DNA of 64,000 bases from an uncultured Prolixibacteraceae bacterium (GTDB taxonomy: Bacteria; Bacteroidota; Bacteroidia; Bacteroidales; Prolixibacteraceae). Below, one piece after another: positions 60,596 to 64,000 of the stretch. Below the pieces are notes generated by a model. It searched no databases. It was given only the letters and a program-made list of their open reading frames with translations, and was not told where the DNA came from. Both the position numbers and the translations under genes were made by a program. How positions within the stretch are numbered: position 1 is the first letter of the stretch; every line of letters begins with the position of its first letter. The DNA lies in assembly GCA_964545315.1 (NCBI GenBank), contig CAZJGI010000004.1, positions 11,204-75,203 of the forward strand, written 5' to 3'.

Positions 60596-63184
60596 ATGAA
60601 TCTTAATAATTTTACGATAAAAGCACAGGAAGCTATACAAAATGCTTTTCAGATCGCAGGTGCTAATAACCAGCAGGCATTGGAAACCGGCCATATTTTA
60701 AAAGGGTTGATAAATTCTGCGGAGAATATTTTGGAGTTCATTCTGAAAAAGATGGAGGTCAATATACCTGTATTCAGAAGGGCGCTGGATAAGATTATTG
60801 AATCCTATCCAAAGGTTACCGGCGCTGAGCAGTATTTATCATCCTCCTCGAATATGGTTTTACAAAAATCCCTGGCCCTTGCTCAGGAAATGGGAGATCA
60901 GTTTGTATCTGTTGAACACATCTTACTGGCCTTACCGGAGGCTAATGATACTGTCTCAAGGCTTATGAAAGATAGCGGTATGAGCAGAAATGACATGCAA
61001 AAAGCAATTCAGGAACTCAGAAAGGGTTCGAAAGTAGACAGTCAGACAGCAGAGGACCGTTTTAATTCACTCAACAGGTTTGCCTTAAATTTAAATGAAA
61101 GGGCCCGCTCCGGAAAGCTTGATCCAGTTATTGGCAGGGATGATGAGATAAGACGGCTGTTGCAGATTCTTTCCCGCAGGACAAAAAACAATCCTCTTCT
61201 CATTGGCGATCCGGGTACCGGCAAAACAGCAATTGCTGAAGGATTAGCCCAAAGGATAGTGAGAGGTGATGTGCCTGAAAATTTGAAATCAAAACAGGTT
61301 TTTTCTCTCGATATGGGAGCCCTGATAGCAGGTGCCAAGTATAAGGGGGAATTTGAAGAACGTTTGAAGGCTGTTGTCCATGAAGTGGTACACTCAAATG
61401 AAGAGGTCATTCTTTTTATAGATGAGATACATACTCTTGTGGGGGCAGGGAAAAGCGAAGGGGCAATGGATGCAGCAAATATTCTTAAACCGGCTCTTGC
61501 CAGGGGAGAGTTGAGGGCAATTGGCGCAACAACTTTTGGTGAGTACCAAAAATATTTTGAGAAGGATAAAGCCCTGGAGCGCAGATTCCAGGTCGTTCAT
61601 GTGGATGAACCCGATACACTCAGCGCAATATCTATTCTGCGCGGTATTAAAGAACGATATGAGAACCACCATAGGGTAAGAATAAAAGATGATGCTATTA
61701 TTGCGGCAGTGGAACTTTCGCAAAGGTATATCTCCGACAGGTTTTTGCCTGACAAGGCAATAGACCTTATGGATGAAGCGGCTGCAAAATTGAGACTCGA
61801 AATGGATTCCATACCCGAAGAGCTTGATGAAATAGAACGCAGGATAAAACAACTGGAAATAGAACGTGAAGCAATAAAAAGAGAAAAAGATGAGAAGAAA
61901 CTGGCGTCCCTGAACGAGGAAATATCCAATCTTAAGGAGGAGAGGTCAAAACTGCGCGCAAGATGGCAGAGCGAAAAGTCTGTCATTGAAGCAATTCAAA
62001 AGAAAAAATCTGAGATTGAAAATTACCGGATAGAATCGGAAGAGGCTGAAAGACAAGGATGGTATGAAAAGGTAGCTGAACTGAGATATGGTAAGATAAA
62101 AGAGGCCGAAAATGAAATTCTGCGACTTCAGGAGGAACTGAATAAGATGAAAGAGGGAGACAGCTTGATTAAGGAAGAGGTTGATGCTGAAGATATTGCA
62201 GAAGTGGTCTCACGATGGACAGGGATTCCGGTTTCAAAAATGCTGCAAAGTGAACGTGAAAAGCTGTTGCAAATGGAGGAGGAATTACATAAAAGAGTGA
62301 TTGGACAGGATGAAGCTATAGCTGCTGTCTCTGATGCTGTGCGCAGAAGCAGGGCGGGGTTGCAGGATGAAAAAAAGCCGATAGGCTCATTCATATTCCT
62401 GGGATCTACAGGTGTAGGAAAAACTGAACTGGCAAAAGCACTGGCTGAATACCTTTTTAATGATGAAAATATGATCACCAGAATTGACATGTCAGAATAC
62501 CAGGAAAAATTCTCCGTGACCAGACTTATCGGCAGCCCACCGGGATATGTGGGATACGATGAGGGTGGACAATTGACTGAGGCCGTGAGACATAAACCAT
62601 ATTCAGTGGTACTTTTTGACGAAATAGAAAAGGCCCATCCCGATGTTTATAATGTTCTTCTGCAGGTGCTCGACGATGGGCGGCTTACAGATAACAAGGG
62701 AAGAACAGTAAATTTTAAGAATACAATTATTATAATGACTTCAAACCTGGGATCCCATCTTATTCAGGAAAGTATGGAATATATTGATCCGGAAAACCAG
62801 GTTGAAATTATGGAGGATATACGCGGTAAACTTTTAGAGCTTCTGAGAAAGACTATCCGTCCTGAATTTCTTAACAGAATCGATGAAACAATAGTTTTTA
62901 CACCCCTTTCAAGGGATGATATTAATAAAATTGTTAAACTTCAGTTTAATCAGGTAGTTAAGCGTCTGTCCGGGACAGATTTGAAGATAACTATTACCGA
63001 TTCAGCTGTTAACCTGCTGGCAAAACTGGGATATGATCCTCATTTCGGTGCAAGACCTGTCAAGAGAATACTTCAGAGATATGTTCTGAATGAACTGTCA
63101 AGAAGGATACTTGCCGGCTTCGTTGATAAATCAAAACCTATACAAATAGATACTGAAGAAGAGAATTTGGTCTTTAGAAATTAG
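60596..63184 (+). CDS. clpB: ATP-dependent disaggregase chaperone ClpB
   Basis: 862 aa. Clp N-domain, two AAA+ modules ([18 protein letters not shown]) and a long coiled-coil middle domain. Confidence 0.97.
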   Translation: MNLNNFTIKAQEAIQNAFQIAGANNQQALETGHILKGLINSAENILEFILKKMEVNIPVFRRALDKIIESYPKVTGAEQYLSSSSNMVLQKSLALAQEMGDQFVSVEHILLALPEANDTVSRLMKDSGMSRNDMQKAIQELRKGSKVDSQTAEDRFNSLNRFALNLNERARSGKLDPVIGRDDEIRRLLQILSRRTKNNPLLIGDPGTGKTAIAEGLAQRIVRGDVPENLKSKQVFSLDMGALIAGAKYKGEFEERLKAVVHEVVHSNEEVILFIDEIHTLVGAGKSEGAMDAANILKPALARGELRAIGATTFGEYQKYFEKDKALERRFQVVHVDEPDTLSAISILRGIKERYENHHRVRIKDDAIIAAVELSQRYISDRFLPDKAIDLMDEAAAKLRLEMDSIPEELDEIERRIKQLEIEREAIKREKDEKKLASLNEEISNLKEERSKLRARWQSEKSVIEAIQKKKSEIENYRIESEEAERQGWYEKVAELRYGKIKEAENEILRLQEELNKMKEGDSLIKEEVDAEDIAEVVSRWTGIPVSKMLQSEREKLLQMEEELHKRVIGQDEAIAAVSDAVRRSRAGLQDEKKPIGSFIFLGSTGVGKTELAKALAEYLFNDENMITRIDMSEYQEKFSVTRLIGSPPGYVGYDEGGQLTEAVRHKPYSVVLFDEIEKAHPDVYNVLLQVLDDGRLTDNKGRTVNFKNTIIIMTSNLGSHLIQESMEYIDPENQVEIMEDIRGKLLELLRKTIRPEFLNRIDETIVFTPLSRDDINKIVKLQFNQVVKRLSGTDLKITITDSAVNLLAKLGYDPHFGARPVKRILQRYVLNELSRRILAGFVDKSKPIQIDTEEENLVFRN

Positions 63185-63537
63185 TCTGAAGCATTAATGT
63201 ATTGTTCTAACTCCCTGCATGCTTTTTTCAGGTCGTTTTCCACGTGATCTATTAAAGCGGGCAGGGAGTTGTCTTTGTTGTCACGTGCAATAATTTCTAT
63301 CTGCTTTAATAAATTTCCGGTATCTTCCATTTCAAAAATAAGCGCTGATGATTTTGCAGTATGTGCCTCACGGCTCAGTTCCTCATATTTTTCTTCCTCC
63401 AGATATTTTCTCAGGTTAACAATGAATTCAGGAACCTGCTTCAGAAACATGTTGATAATTTCATTCATAAAATCTTTGTTGCCGCTGCTTATTTCTTCGA
63501 GATAGTTTAATTTTACATATTTTAATTTTTCATCCAT
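63181..63537 (-). CDS. Stand-alone histidine phosphotransfer (Hpt) domain protein
   Basis: ATG at 63537 gives [19 protein letters not shown] (the track start at 63564 is TTG). Phospho-His context [14 protein letters not shown] within a four-helix-bundle-like sequence. Its stop overlaps the clpB stop (convergent). Confidence 0.7.
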   Translation of the reverse strand: MDEKLKYVKLNYLEEISSGNKDFMNEIINMFLKQVPEFIVNLRKYLEEEKYEELSREAHTAKSSALIFEMEDTGNLLKQIEIIARDNKDNSLPALIDHVENDLKKACRELEQYINASD

Positions 63538-63683
63538 AGTATTGTCCCGTATATTGTTGTGCAAGTTAAGGTAAATAATTTAAAAAATATTAATCTAATA
63601 TCTTATGAAAGATATTTTTTTGGTGGTGGTTTTTATCCTGGTTTAAATGGAATGCACTAAATTGGGGCTGCAAGAAACAAGGC

Positions 63684-63802
63684 GAAGGGAAGGAATTTAT
63701 ATTTGAATCCGTGGGCTGAAGCCGACGGTAAAGGATAAGGTTCTTTTCAATGCAACCAAGCAGTTCAGAGCCTTATCCTTTGCCGTTCACTTCAGTGAAC
63801 GG
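63684..63802. repeat. REP-like structured intergenic repeat, locus B (two inverted units forming a composite palindrome)
   Basis: The left unit is 63709..63743 (CCGTGGGCTGAAGCCGACGGTAAAGGATAAGGTTC). The right unit is 63763..63802, the reverse complement of CCGTTCACTGAAGTGAACGGCAAAGGATAAGGCTCTGAAC. AAAGGATAAGG and CCTTATCCTTT are perfectly complementary. Confidence 0.7.
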
Positions 63803-63858
63803 ATTAAGGCAATAGATCAGTAAAAGGTAATATTAAAAATAATTAATTTTTAGAGTAT

Positions 63859-64000
63859 ATGAAAACAACTGCATTAAATGAGGTTCACAAAAAAGCAGGA
63901 GCTAAAATGGTTGAATTTGCAGGCTTTGAGATGCCTGTTGAGTATAGTGGCATTATCGACGAACATCTGGCTGTCCGTAACAGAGTTGGGATATTTGATG
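63859..64000 (+). CDS. gcvT: Glycine cleavage system aminomethyltransferase (T protein), 5' part; continues past the window end
   Basis: My own translation from ATG 63859 gives [47 protein letters not shown], the canonical GcvT N-terminus. Confidence 0.9.
   Translation, partial: MKTTALNEVHKKAGAKMVEFAGFEMPVEYSGIIDEHLAVRNRVGIFD

Noticed and set aside
63565-63858. Looked for a glycine riboswitch upstream of gcvT
   Set aside because: I could not recognise tandem glycine-aptamer-like conserved cores. The structured sequence present is the REP-like inverted dimer that also occurs at 35948..35987.

Overview
AT-rich, densely packed chromosomal segment that looks like Bacteroidota. The evidence is a short 286-aa primary sigma factor, a protein with a T9SS C-terminal sorting domain, an ECF-sigma/FecR pair, and TAnnTTTG boxes upstream of several genes. 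I support about 50 protein-coding genes, nearly all core or housekeeping.

Left to right they are: ECF sigma/anti-sigma, lactonase, folE, mqnB-mqnD (futalosine pathway), M64 peptidase, MscS-type channel, two tandem Lrp/AsnC regulators, rlmB, an ABC-F ATPase, rlmD, an OmpA-family protein, rpoD, an HtrA protease, a LOG-family protein, gyrB, a putative porin with a 1000-aa TPR protein, a GT4 glycosyltransferase, a CDF exporter, fabD, a 7TM sensor kinase, an AddA/RecB-like helicase-nuclease, a free-standing archaeal-type ThrRS editing-domain protein, a T9SS-targeted lysyl-endopeptidase-like protease overlapping a FecBCD/BtuFCD-type ABC importer, corA, an SLC12-like transporter, the complete nqrABCDEF operon, a DUF5103-like protein, a Gfo/Idh/MocA oxidoreductase, apbE, an acylphosphatase-decarboxylase operon, ppdK, clpB, an Hpt protein and the 5' end of gcvT.

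I saw no rRNA, tRNA, CRISPR array, transposase, integrase or phage genes, and no defence island. I did not find a convincing multi-gene novel system. The best leads are:
- the stand-alone ThrRS-editing-domain homologue (35386..35799);
- the overlapping T9SS protease and metal-chelate ABC importer operon (36067..41439);
- a structured REP-like repeat family present at two loci, with compensatory stem changes;
- a CorA with GTN instead of GMN, overlapping an SLC12-like transporter;
- a Cys-poor single-TM protein next to apbE.

All functional calls come from reading the translated ORFs against remembered family motifs. No database search was run.
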